A DNA stretch of 64,000 nucleotides, taken from NCBI GenBank assembly GCA_036387195.1, contig DASVUF010000006.1:294-64293 (forward strand). Reading direction: 5' to 3'. The notes beneath the pieces are model-generated. The model saw only the letters and a list, made by a program, of their open reading frames with translations. It was not told where the DNA came from and made no database searches. Source of the DNA: Pyrinomonadaceae bacterium (GTDB lineage: Bacteria; Acidobacteriota; Blastocatellia; Pyrinomonadales; Pyrinomonadaceae). The position numbers were made by a program, and so were the translations under genes. Positions 53,838-60,866 of the stretch are shown one piece after another (position 1 is the first letter of the stretch; each line of letters begins with the position of its first letter).

Positions 53838-54668
53838 ATGGGATACATCACGACACGCGACGACACGAAGCTCTACGTAAAAGACTGGGGACGGGGGCGT
53901 CCCGTCATCCTCATGCACGGCTGGCCGCTCTCCGCGGATAGCTGGGATGACCAGGCGTTGGCGATTGCCGAAGCGGGTTTTCGCGCGGTCGCTTACGACC
54001 GACGCGGCTTCGGCCGGTCGGAACAACCGTGGGAGGGGTATAACTACGACACGCTGGCCGACGACTTGTCCGCCGTCATCGAGGAGACCGGCGCGACCGA
54101 CGCGGCCGTCGTCGGCTTCTCGATGGGGGGCGGCGAGGTCGCGCGCTACATGTCGCGCCACGGGGGGAAGAACGTCGCCCAGGCCGTGCTGGTTTCTTCG
54201 GTCGTGCCGTACATGCTCCAGACCGCGGACAACCCCGAAGGCGTCCCTCAGGCGACGTTCAATCAGATGACCGAAGGAATGAAAGAAGACCGCGCGCATT
54301 TCTTCGAGGGCTTTTTCAAGGATTTCTATGGCGTCGGGCTGGTGTCGCAGCCGGTGAGCGACGAGGTGCTGGCGTGGTCGCGGAACGTGGCGATGCAGGC
54401 GAGCCTCAAGGCGACGCTCGACTGCGCCGGGGCTTTCGCGATGACGGATTTCCGGCCCGACCTCGCAGCCTTCACGGCGCCGACTTTAATCATCCACGGG
54501 ACCGGCGATAAGACGGTGCCGATTGACGCGACCGGGCGCGCGGCGGCGCGCGGCATACCTCAGGCCGAGCTGATCGAGTACGACGGCGCGCCGCACGGAC
54601 TGTTCGCGACGCACAAGAATCGCTTGACGCATGACCTGCTCGCGTTTCTGACCCGGTCAACGCATTGA
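53838..54668 (+). CDS. Alpha/beta hydrolase, non-haem chloroperoxidase / arylesterase type
   Basis: 'TTRDDTKLYVKDWGRGRPVILMHGWPLSADSWD', 'AYDRRGFGRSEQP', nucleophile elbow 'GFSMGGGEV', 'IIHGTGDKTVP', 'GAPHGLF'. Confidence 0.9.
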   Translation: MGYITTRDDTKLYVKDWGRGRPVILMHGWPLSADSWDDQALAIAEAGFRAVAYDRRGFGRSEQPWEGYNYDTLADDLSAVIEETGATDAAVVGFSMGGGEVARYMSRHGGKNVAQAVLVSSVVPYMLQTADNPEGVPQATFNQMTEGMKEDRAHFFEGFFKDFYGVGLVSQPVSDEVLAWSRNVAMQASLKATLDCAGAFAMTDFRPDLAAFTAPTLIIHGTGDKTVPIDATGRAAARGIPQAELIEYDGAPHGLFATHKNRLTHDLLAFLTRSTH

Positions 54669-54689
54669 CTCGGCGCCTTACAACGGCCG

Positions 54690-55270
54690 AGCGGCCGCGT
54701 GGAAGGAGCGGAGGCATTGGGCGGCCCGCCATCTCCTCCGTATTGCCCTGTGGTCTTGCCGATAACATGGTCGAGATGCCCGACGCGCCCGAGTTTACAA
54801 TCTCGCGGCAAGACTTTTTCTTTAACTGAAGCAGCGAACGCCTCCGGGTATGAGGCGCGCCCGTCCGCGCCGACGGTGAACGGTAGCCGCCGGTGGTCGG
54901 CCCTCATTAGCTTCTTAAAGAAACGTTTCGCCGCGCAAACATCCCGCTTCGCGCCGAGCATGAATTCGATGGCGTCCCCGACGGAGCCGACTGCTCTGTA
55001 AAGATATTCCCACTCTTTACCGACCTCCACGCACATCTCGTCCAGCCTGGAAGAGGCGCCACTCATCTTTAAATGAGGGGGCGCCCGCTCGTTGATTTCC
55101 GGGGCGCATTTCTGGGCCCATCTCCACACAGTCGCATGCCCCGGGGAGAGAACCGCGCCCGCGCATCATCTCCCCCATGTCGCTGTAAGAGAAGCCGGTA
55201 GCGGCGGCGCCGCCTGACGCATAAAAGGATGGTGGCAGGCTCGAAGTGGCGCCACTTAAAGGGGATTTAT
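54690..55270 (-). pseudogene. IS6-family (IS26-like) DDE transposase pseudogene with frameshifts, a stop codon and loss of the C-terminus
   Basis: Reading the minus strand across three frames gives 'INP(+1 nt)FKWRHFEPATILLCVRRRRRY', 'GFSYSDMGEMMRGRG', then '(stop)..SPGHATVWRWAQKCAPEINER...SSRLDEMCVEVGKEWEYLYRAVGSVGDAIEFMLGAKRDVCAAKRFFKKLM...FTVGADGRASYPEAF...RVGHLDHVIG'. This tracks IS26 Tnp 'MNPFKGRHFQRDIILWAVRWYCKY-GISYRELQEMLAERG-VDHSTIYRWVQRYAP...WHMDETYVKVNGRWAYLYRAVD...INTDKAPAY' (recalled from memory). The start ATG is now ATA (55268-55270). The third catalytic acidic residue is lost ('IEQDH' -> 'VIGK'). The 3' end near 54690 is approximate. Confidence 0.8.
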
Positions 55271-55355
55271 GCTGCTTTACGAGTATTATTCCCGGATAGG
55301 GATGACCGGGCTGCGGGGAGGATTATAGCCCGGGAGTGATTGCTGCAACACGGCC
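54690..55355 (-). mobile_element. Decayed IS6-family insertion sequence retaining one terminal inverted repeat
   Basis: The transposase remnant is described above. 85 nt outside its start, 55341-55355 'tgctgcaacacggcc' has the reverse complement GGCCGTGTTGCAGCA, which matches GGCACTGTTGCAAA (the IS26 IR as I recall it) at 10 of 14 positions. No convincing second IR was found. Confidence 0.65.
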
Positions 55356-55389
55356 GTTCCGGCGCCGACAAACCGCCTACGGGACGCGG

Positions 55390-55468
55390 GCCGAGGGGCG
55401 CGCCCGGCGAGCCGCCCCGCCTACGTCGAAGGGCGCGAGCCGTCGCGGGGCGGCTCGCGCCCCTCGGC
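55390..55468. repeat. Long imperfect inverted repeat (13 + 11 bp arms with a 7-nt bulge) in a non-coding spacer
   Basis: The reverse complement of 55390-55420 'gccgaggggcgcgcccggcgagccgccccgc' is 'gcggggcggctcg|ccgggcg|cgcccctcggc'. 55445-55468 reads 'gcggggcggctcgcgcccctcggc'. Confidence 0.6.
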
Positions 55469-55770
55469 TCCGACCAGTTCGTGCTCGCACAGACGCGCGG
55501 CGCAAGCTACTATACGCGGGCGCGCGCCCCGGCCGGAGCGTCTCGGAAGGTTCAGCCGCCCCGCTCTACGACCCGATGCGCGCCGGCTCGCCGGCGCGCG
55601 GGGGAGCTGAAGCCCTCGCGCGTCAACTGGAGCCGCCGGGGCGGCCCTGATACGCTTTGCCGCCACGTCGGGCGGGTGGAAACGTTTTCGCCGAATTCCT
55701 CATTCATTTATTAAGGATGAATCCGAGAGGGTGACCGCGCCCGCTCTCTTACTCACCGTGGTTGAAAATT

Positions 55771-55791
55771 CAGGCCCCGGCGGGGGGCCTG
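55771..55791 (-). terminator. Intrinsic-terminator-like hairpin oriented for the minus strand
   Basis: An 8-bp GC stem, 'caggcccc' (55771-55778) paired with 'ggggcctg' (55784-55791), with a 5-nt loop. On the minus strand it is followed by 'AAUUUUCAA'. There is no U-tract on the plus strand. Confidence 0.4.
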
Positions 55792-55978
55792 ATATCGGTC
55801 GAAGGCGCTTCTCGCCTGATAACGTATGGCAGGCGCCCGGCGCAGGATGACCGAGGCGGACATCCCGGCGACGCCCTGGCGTGTGGTGGCCTCCGTCGCC
55901 CTGCTCGACTCCGCTACTCTACAGCCCGGCGTATACAAGCGGCGCGGGAGTCGCCCGCTTCGCCGAAGGAGATAAGTG

Positions 55979-58900
55979 ATGCCTAAAGATTTATCTTCCA
56001 GCGTTGAATTCCTGCGCCCGCCCGTCGGCCCGTCCTCGCGCGACGGCATCACCGGCGAGGTCGCGGAAAGCCTGGCCTTCGACGACCCGCGGCGGGTGAG
56101 CGCGCTAATACGCGCGTCGGACATGCGCCGCGCCGGCTCGCTGTCGGACAAAGGGTTCAGCGCCGCCGTCGCCGCCGAGTCGCTGACCTCGCTTGAGATC
56201 ATCATCGGCGAAAACAACATCCTGCCGGCCTGGTTTCTGGACGTGGCGCCGACCCGCTCGTCCGCGGTCTGTAAGATCGAAGCGGGCGGGACGAACTACA
56301 AAGGGGGCAGGGGGCGATGGGTCGGCACGGGCTTTCTTATCTCGGACAGCGTCCTCCTCACGAACCACCACGTCATCAACTCCCCGGACACGGCGCGCAA
56401 CGCCGAGTGCGTTTTTAACTACCAGCGCGACCCCGAGGGGAAAGACCTGCCCGTGAAGCGCTTCCGCCTGAACCCCGGCCGGCTGTTCCTGACGAGCCCG
56501 ACGCCGGGCGGCCTGGACTTCACCTTCGTCTGGGTGGAGGGCGCGCCCGGCAAGGAGTTCGGCATCGTGCCCTTCAACCGGGACTTCTTCGTCATTCAGG
56601 AGGGGGACGTCGCGAACATCATCCAGCACCCCGGGGGCGACTACAAGGGCGTGACCTTGCAGGAGAACAAGGTCATGCGGGTGGACGAGGCCCTTGTGCA
56701 TTACGTCTCCGACACGAAGCCGGGCAGCTCCGGGAGCTGCGTCTTCAACAACAGTTGGATGCCGTTCGCCCTGCACCACGCCAGCGCCGACAACGCCAGC
56801 CCGGGCGCGGCGAACCCCTCCAGGTACGTCAACGAAGGCATCAGGTTCTCGGCCATCGTCGCCTACCTGGAGAACCTCATGCGGGATGAGCCCGCGCGCA
56901 GGCAGGCCGTCGAAGAGATTCTCTCGCACGTCAACGGGACCGACTCGGTCCTGGGTCACTGGGGCGCCCTGGGACGCGCCGCCCCCGACTCGCGCCCCGC
57001 CGTCGAAACCGTGGTGAACATCTACAGAGGCGAGGCCGAGGACGTTGACGTGGGCTTCTGGAACGTCGGGTGGTTCACCCCGCGTTACAGCGAGAAGCTC
57101 CAGCGCGTGGCCGAGGTGTTCGTCAAGATGAACCTCGACATCTGGGTCTTCGAGGAGACGACGGCCGAGGCGGCGGGCGCGCTCGCCGCCTACCTGCGGG
57201 ACGCCTACCACCTCGACTTCGTGTGCGAATTCTCCGAGCCGGACCCGCAGCCCGGCGCGCAGACGACCGCGGTGATGTGGAATCGGAAGACGGTCGAGGG
57301 GCGGAAGGCCGAATGGCCGGCCGAGATAGACGAGTGGTTCAGCGCGCGCGCAGAGGACTTCGACGACCTCCGCCGGGAGGGGGCCGAGGGCCGTATGTTC
57401 GAACGCCGCCCCGCGCTCTTCCGCTTCTCGAACAAGGGCGGCGCCGCGTTCGACTTCTTCCTGGCGCCGCTCCACCTCAAGGCGCAGGACGGAGGAGGGA
57501 AGCGGCGCGTGGCGGCGGCCATCCTCGCCGCGGCCGTCGGCAGGATGGTCGAGCAGCAGGGGGCCGACCGCGACTGGGTTATCGGCGGCGACTTTGACGC
57601 GCCGCTGGCGAACGAGGACTTCGGCAAGCTGGTCGCCGGCGGCATGACGGCGCTGAGCGCCGGGGGCGGGCAGGGCGGCGCGTTCTCCTACGTCAAGGGG
57701 CCGAACTCGCCCGTCGAACACGTCTTCCTCTCGCCGAACCTGTCCGAGACTTACGGGGGCGAAGACTTCTTCATCGTGGCCCGGGACAAAGAGATTCCCG
57801 ACTACCTGACGGCGCTCGGCGGCCACAGCCCGGTGCTGGTCAGACTCAGCATCCGGGGCGACCAGCCTAAAAACGAAAGGGGACATATGACGGACGGGAA
57901 AAGACTGTCTGACTCGCTGCGCGACAAGTTATCCGGCCTCGACCTGGGGGTCGGCGTCGGCTCGGCGCGCCCCGCGCCGGACGCGGACGGTGACGGTGAC
58001 GGTGACGGTGACTCCGCCGCGCTGCGCATCCCGCTGACCGTGACCGTGAGCGGCGACGAGGTGAGCCTCTCGGCGCGCATCAGCGTGCGGGAGTTGAAGG
58101 GGCTGCTGGCGGGCGCTTCGCCCGGCGTGGTCGAGGAGGCCGTGAGCATAGACCCCGACTACGGCAGCCGGCAGGGGTACGACCCGGACTTCCTCGGCGC
58201 GGGCAAGCGGCGCGTCCCGCTGCCGCAGTTGTCGGCCGCCTTGAAGGCCAGGGCCGCGGTCAACAGCAAGGCCGCCGGCGGCGACAGGCACGTGCTGCCT
58301 TACCACCACTACAGCGTGGTGATGAACAGGGAGCGGCGGCTGGCCTTCTTCACCGCCGTCAACATTGACGGGAGCGTCTTCTACAACATCAAGCGCGAGC
58401 CGGACAAGTGGTACTTCGACCCGCGCATCGGGAAGGACGAGCAGACCGGCAACGAGGTCTACGCCAACAACCCGCTCGACCGCGGCCACCTCGTGCGCCG
58501 CCTCGACCCGGCCTGGGGCGAGTCGCGCGAGCTGGCGAAGGTGGCCAACGACGACACCTTCCACTTCACCAACTGCTCGCCGCAGCATCACGACTTCAAC
58601 GCCGGCAAGTCGCTCTGGGCCGGCCTCGAAGACTACATCCTGAAGAACGCCGACGCGCTGGACTTTAAAGTCTCGGTCTTCACCGGCCCGGTCTTCAGCA
58701 AAGACGACGACGCATACCGCGGCGTGCAATTGCCGCGGCAGTTCTGGAAGGTCGTCGTCATGGTCAAGGGCGACGGGAAACTGTCCGCGACCGGCTACCT
58801 CCTGAGCCAGGAGACGCTGCTCCAGGGCATCGGCGAGGAGGCGTTCGTGCCCGAGGACAAGGAGGCCTTCTCCTACGGGGCTTACAAGACGTTCCAGACG

Positions 58901-59053
58901 CCCGTGCGGAGGATCGAGAAGCTGACCGGGCTGAGCTTCGGCCAGCTACGTAATTTCGACCCGAAGAACCACCTGGAAAGCGACCTGGAGGGGCTCGAAG
59001 CCCTCGACCTCCGACAGGCGACGCTGGACGATTACAAGGACATCAAGTTCTGA
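55979..59053 (+). CDS. Three-enzyme fusion: trypsin-fold serine protease - EEP (DNase I-like endo/exonuclease/phosphatase) - DNA/RNA non-specific endonuclease (beta-beta-alpha-Me, Endonuclease_NS)
   Basis: Protease (~56189-56875): 'GTGFLISDSVLLTNHHVI', 'LDFTFVWV', 'NIIQHPGG', 'GSSGSCVF'. EEP (~57038-57856): 'DVGFWNVGWF', 'LDIWVFEET', 'FLAPLHLKA', 'VIGGDFDAPL', 'GGHSPVLVRL'. EndoNS (~58283-58945): 'YHHYSVVMNRERRLAFFTAVNIDG', 'DRGHLVRR' (58478-58501), 'FTNCSPQHHDFNAGKSLWAGLEDYI'. AAGGAG lies at 55966-55971, 7 nt before ATG 55979; the ORF track starts at GTG 55976. Confidence 0.85.
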   Translation: MPKDLSSSVEFLRPPVGPSSRDGITGEVAESLAFDDPRRVSALIRASDMRRAGSLSDKGFSAAVAAESLTSLEIIIGENNILPAWFLDVAPTRSSAVCKIEAGGTNYKGGRGRWVGTGFLISDSVLLTNHHVINSPDTARNAECVFNYQRDPEGKDLPVKRFRLNPGRLFLTSPTPGGLDFTFVWVEGAPGKEFGIVPFNRDFFVIQEGDVANIIQHPGGDYKGVTLQENKVMRVDEALVHYVSDTKPGSSGSCVFNNSWMPFALHHASADNASPGAANPSRYVNEGIRFSAIVAYLENLMRDEPARRQAVEEILSHVNGTDSVLGHWGALGRAAPDSRPAVETVVNIYRGEAEDVDVGFWNVGWFTPRYSEKLQRVAEVFVKMNLDIWVFEETTAEAAGALAAYLRDAYHLDFVCEFSEPDPQPGAQTTAVMWNRKTVEGRKAEWPAEIDEWFSARAEDFDDLRREGAEGRMFERRPALFRFSNKGGAAFDFFLAPLHLKAQDGGGKRRVAAAILAAAVGRMVEQQGADRDWVIGGDFDAPLANEDFGKLVAGGMTALSAGGGQGGAFSYVKGPNSPVEHVFLSPNLSETYGGEDFFIVARDKEIPDYLTALGGHSPVLVRLSIRGDQPKNERGHMTDGKRLSDSLRDKLSGLDLGVGVGSARPAPDADGDGDGDGDSAALRIPLTVTVSGDEVSLSARISVRELKGLLAGASPGVVEEAVSIDPDYGSRQGYDPDFLGAGKRRVPLPQLSAALKARAAVNSKAAGGDRHVLPYHHYSVVMNRERRLAFFTAVNIDGSVFYNIKREPDKWYFDPRIGKDEQTGNEVYANNPLDRGHLVRRLDPAWGESRELAKVANDDTFHFTNCSPQHHDFNAGKSLWAGLEDYILKNADALDFKVSVFTGPVFSKDDDAYRGVQLPRQFWKVVVMVKGDGKLSATGYLLSQETLLQGIGEEAFVPEDKEAFSYGAYKTFQTPVRRIEKLTGLSFGQLRNFDPKNHLESDLEGLEALDLRQATLDDYKDIKF
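57980..58012 (+). repeat. In-frame GGT-GAC microsatellite encoding an Asp-Gly repeat linker (DADGDGDGDGD)
   Basis: 'gacgcggacggtgacggtgacggtgacggtgac' between the EEP and EndoNS domains. Confidence 0.9.
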
Positions 59054-59063
59054 CGCGCGGGCG

Positions 59064-59087
59064 GCCTGCGGCGGCGCCGCCGCAGGC
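59064..59087 (+). terminator. Perfect 24-nt GC palindrome directly after the fusion gene's stop (hairpin, no U-tract)
   Basis: 'gcctgcggcggc|gccgccgcaggc'. A second hairpin lies at 59131-59163 ('gccgcacggcc' ... 'ggccgtgcggc', 11-nt loop). Confidence 0.3.
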
Positions 59088-59197
59088 TAAAGCCTCCGGA
59101 GGCGCGCGTCCCTGTCCGGCGCCGGTGGACGCCGCACGGCCGCCGCTACGCGGGCCGTGCGGCCGACGGCCGAGCCGGGTGAAAGGAGTTGACATCT

Positions 59198-59713
59198 ATG
59201 GCTGGCGAGGGTTTTGAGGCGGGCTGGACCGGCTCCAAGGCAAAAGCCGTGCTCTCCTTCGCGCAAGGGGTCGTGCCGCTGGTCATCGCCGTGGCGGTTC
59301 TGCTCATCTTCTGGGGTCTGGTCAAATCTATGATGGGTTTGACGAAGGCTCCGGAGTTAGAATGGAATCGCGCCGCGTACCTGTTCTCGGGGGTGGAGGC
59401 GATAGCCTACGCCGCCGCCGGTTTCCTTTTCGGGAGGGAGGTGCACCGCCAGCGCGCCGAGCAGGCCGAGCAGCGCGCCGGCAGCGAGCAGCAGCGCGCC
59501 TCCGAAGCCGAAAAGAAGGCCACCGAAGAGACGACCAAGGGCCAGACCCTCAGGCGGGTCATCGAGGCCAAGAAGTCCACACGGCTCGAACGCGCGCCCG
59601 ACATGGAGGGGCTTGAGAGTTTTCAGGCCGGCGGCGGCCCGGCGCAGGCGGCGGGGCAGTCGGACATTGACGAGCTGTCGAGAGTCTCCAGCGAGCTGTT
59701 CCCTTACAACTGA
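59198..59713 (+). CDS. Small two-TM membrane protein with a charged coiled-coil C-terminal tail (unknown family)
   Basis: TM1 'VLSFAQGVVPLVIAVAVLLIFWGLV', TM2 'AAYLFSGVEAIAYAAAGFLFG', then 'REVHRQRAEQAEQRAGSEQQRASEAEKKATEE'. AAGGAG lies at 59183-59188, 9 nt before ATG 59198; the ORF-track TTG 59189 has no spacing to it. Confidence 0.7.
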   Translation: MAGEGFEAGWTGSKAKAVLSFAQGVVPLVIAVAVLLIFWGLVKSMMGLTKAPELEWNRAAYLFSGVEAIAYAAAGFLFGREVHRQRAEQAEQRAGSEQQRASEAEKKATEETTKGQTLRRVIEAKKSTRLERAPDMEGLESFQAGGGPAQAAGQSDIDELSRVSSELFPYN

Positions 59714-59880
59714 CGCGGGGACCGCACAGCGCGCGCCGGCCGAAATTCATAACGACCTTAAGACTCTTTGAAGGGGTAGTGTGATGGCGCCGGCCGGGTC
59801 GCGCCGGCGTAAGGTGTATGAACTGCCCGACGCGGTGGCCGCCGAAGAGCCCCGCGCCTTCGTGTAGAGGGGCTGCGAAT

Positions 59881-60861
59881 ATGGCGTCGAGAGAAACCCT
59901 GACGGCTTTAAATTATGTCCTCGCCGGCCTGTACCCCTTCCCCGCCGATTCCTACAGAATCGTTGAAGAGGCCGGCATACCGCCGCAGGTCGTCGCTTTC
60001 AGGCCCAAGGCCATAGACACCTGGTACGAAATCCTCCGCGCCGCCAACAACATGGGGCGCGTGCTCGACGTGGTGCGGGCGGCGCTCAACGAACACCCCG
60101 AGAACCCCTTGCTCATACAGGCCGGGAAGGGCGAAATAAAGCAGACGCCGGCCCCCGTCGTGGGCACAGACCTGCCCTGGAAGGGCGACCTCTCCGCGGA
60201 CGCCCTGGAGAGGATCATGGGGAGTCAGAGCACGCTCCTGCCCGTCAGCTTTCTTGAGGTCGGCGTGCTGCAATCCCGGACCGTGGCCAAGGTTCAGTTC
60301 GCCGGCGGCGAGAGCGGGTCGGGCTTTCTTCTGAAAGACAACCTCTTCGTCACCAACCACCACGTCATCCCCGACCGCGAGCGAGCCGCGGTCGCGGAAC
60401 TCCTGTTCAACTACCAGAAGTCGGCGGCCGGCCTCGACCTCCAGCCGAGCAGCCGCAGGCTCGACCCCGAAAGCGGCTTCGCCACCTCCGACGAGCACGA
60501 CTGGACGCTCGTCCGCGTGGACGGCGACGCCAACGCCGAGTGGGGCGCCATCGAAATCAGGGAGGTTGACGTGAGTGTGGCCGAGAGGGTGAACATCATC
60601 CAGCACCCGGGCGGCGGGCCGAAACAGATAGCCCTCTATCACAACGTCGTCGCCTACGTCGGCGAAAACCGCATCCAGTACCTGACCGACACCCTGCCGG
60701 GCTCTTCCGGCTCGCCCGTCTTCGACAGCAAGTGGCAGGTCGTCGCCCTCCACCGCAGCGGCGGCTGGATACTCGAACCGGGGACGAAGAACCACGTCTT
60801 CCGGAACGAGGGGATTAACATCAACCGCGTGGTGCAGGGCCTGAGAGCAGCCGGGTTGTGA
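59881..60861 (+). CDS. Adaptor (effector-associated/death-like helical domain) fused to a trypsin-fold serine protease
   Basis: The N-terminal ~80 aa are helical and alignable without gaps to the N-terminus of the next gene. Protease 'GSGFLLKDNLFVTNHHVI', 'HDWTLVRV', 'NIIQHPGG', 'LPGSSGSPVF', 'VVALHRSGG'. I chose ATG 59881; the ORF track's upstream 21 codons (from 59818) are Pro/Arg-rich. Confidence 0.8.
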   Translation: MASRETLTALNYVLAGLYPFPADSYRIVEEAGIPPQVVAFRPKAIDTWYEILRAANNMGRVLDVVRAALNEHPENPLLIQAGKGEIKQTPAPVVGTDLPWKGDLSADALERIMGSQSTLLPVSFLEVGVLQSRTVAKVQFAGGESGSGFLLKDNLFVTNHHVIPDRERAAVAELLFNYQKSAAGLDLQPSSRRLDPESGFATSDEHDWTLVRVDGDANAEWGAIEIREVDVSVAERVNIIQHPGGGPKQIALYHNVVAYVGENRIQYLTDTLPGSSGSPVFDSKWQVVALHRSGGWILEPGTKNHVFRNEGININRVVQGLRAAGL

Positions 60862-60866
60862 GCGGT

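Noticed and set aside
54597-54609. 'ggactgttcgcga' inside the hydrolase gene, weakly resembling the IS26-type terminal repeat, considered as the missing second IS end.
   Set aside because: It encodes the conserved 'HGLFAT' C-terminal segment of the chloroperoxidase-type hydrolase, whose C-terminus looks complete. The match is short and probably coincidental.
54560-55129. Taking the 189-aa minus-strand ORF at face value as an intact small transposase gene.
   Set aside because: Only its first ~125 codons are transposase-like. Homology continues upstream and downstream only in other frames, across a stop codon. The ORF's tail overlaps the hydrolase gene, so it is a pseudogene fragment.
55336-55714. 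Two overlapping plus-strand ORFs (104 and 124 aa), and a minus-strand 81-aa ORF, in the spacer between the IS remnant and the island.
   Set aside because: They are Arg/Ala/Pro-rich, have no RBS or motifs, and overlap one another. The region is better explained as non-coding DNA containing an inverted repeat.
55976-55978. GTG 55976 as the start of the fusion gene, TTG 59189 for the TM gene, and 59818 for the adaptor-protease gene, as given by the ORF track.
   Set aside because: Downstream ATGs at 55979 and 59198 have properly spaced AAGGAG sites. ATG 59881 aligns the adaptor domain residue-for-residue with the next gene. The upstream extensions add only a few residues, or Pro/Arg-rich residues. 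This is not excluded, only less likely.
57980-58012. Short tandem repeats (here and at 4702-4743), checked as possible CRISPR or VNTR arrays.
   Set aside because: Both are in frame inside well-supported CDSs, with only 2-4 units and no spacers. No CRISPR-like array exists anywhere in the window.
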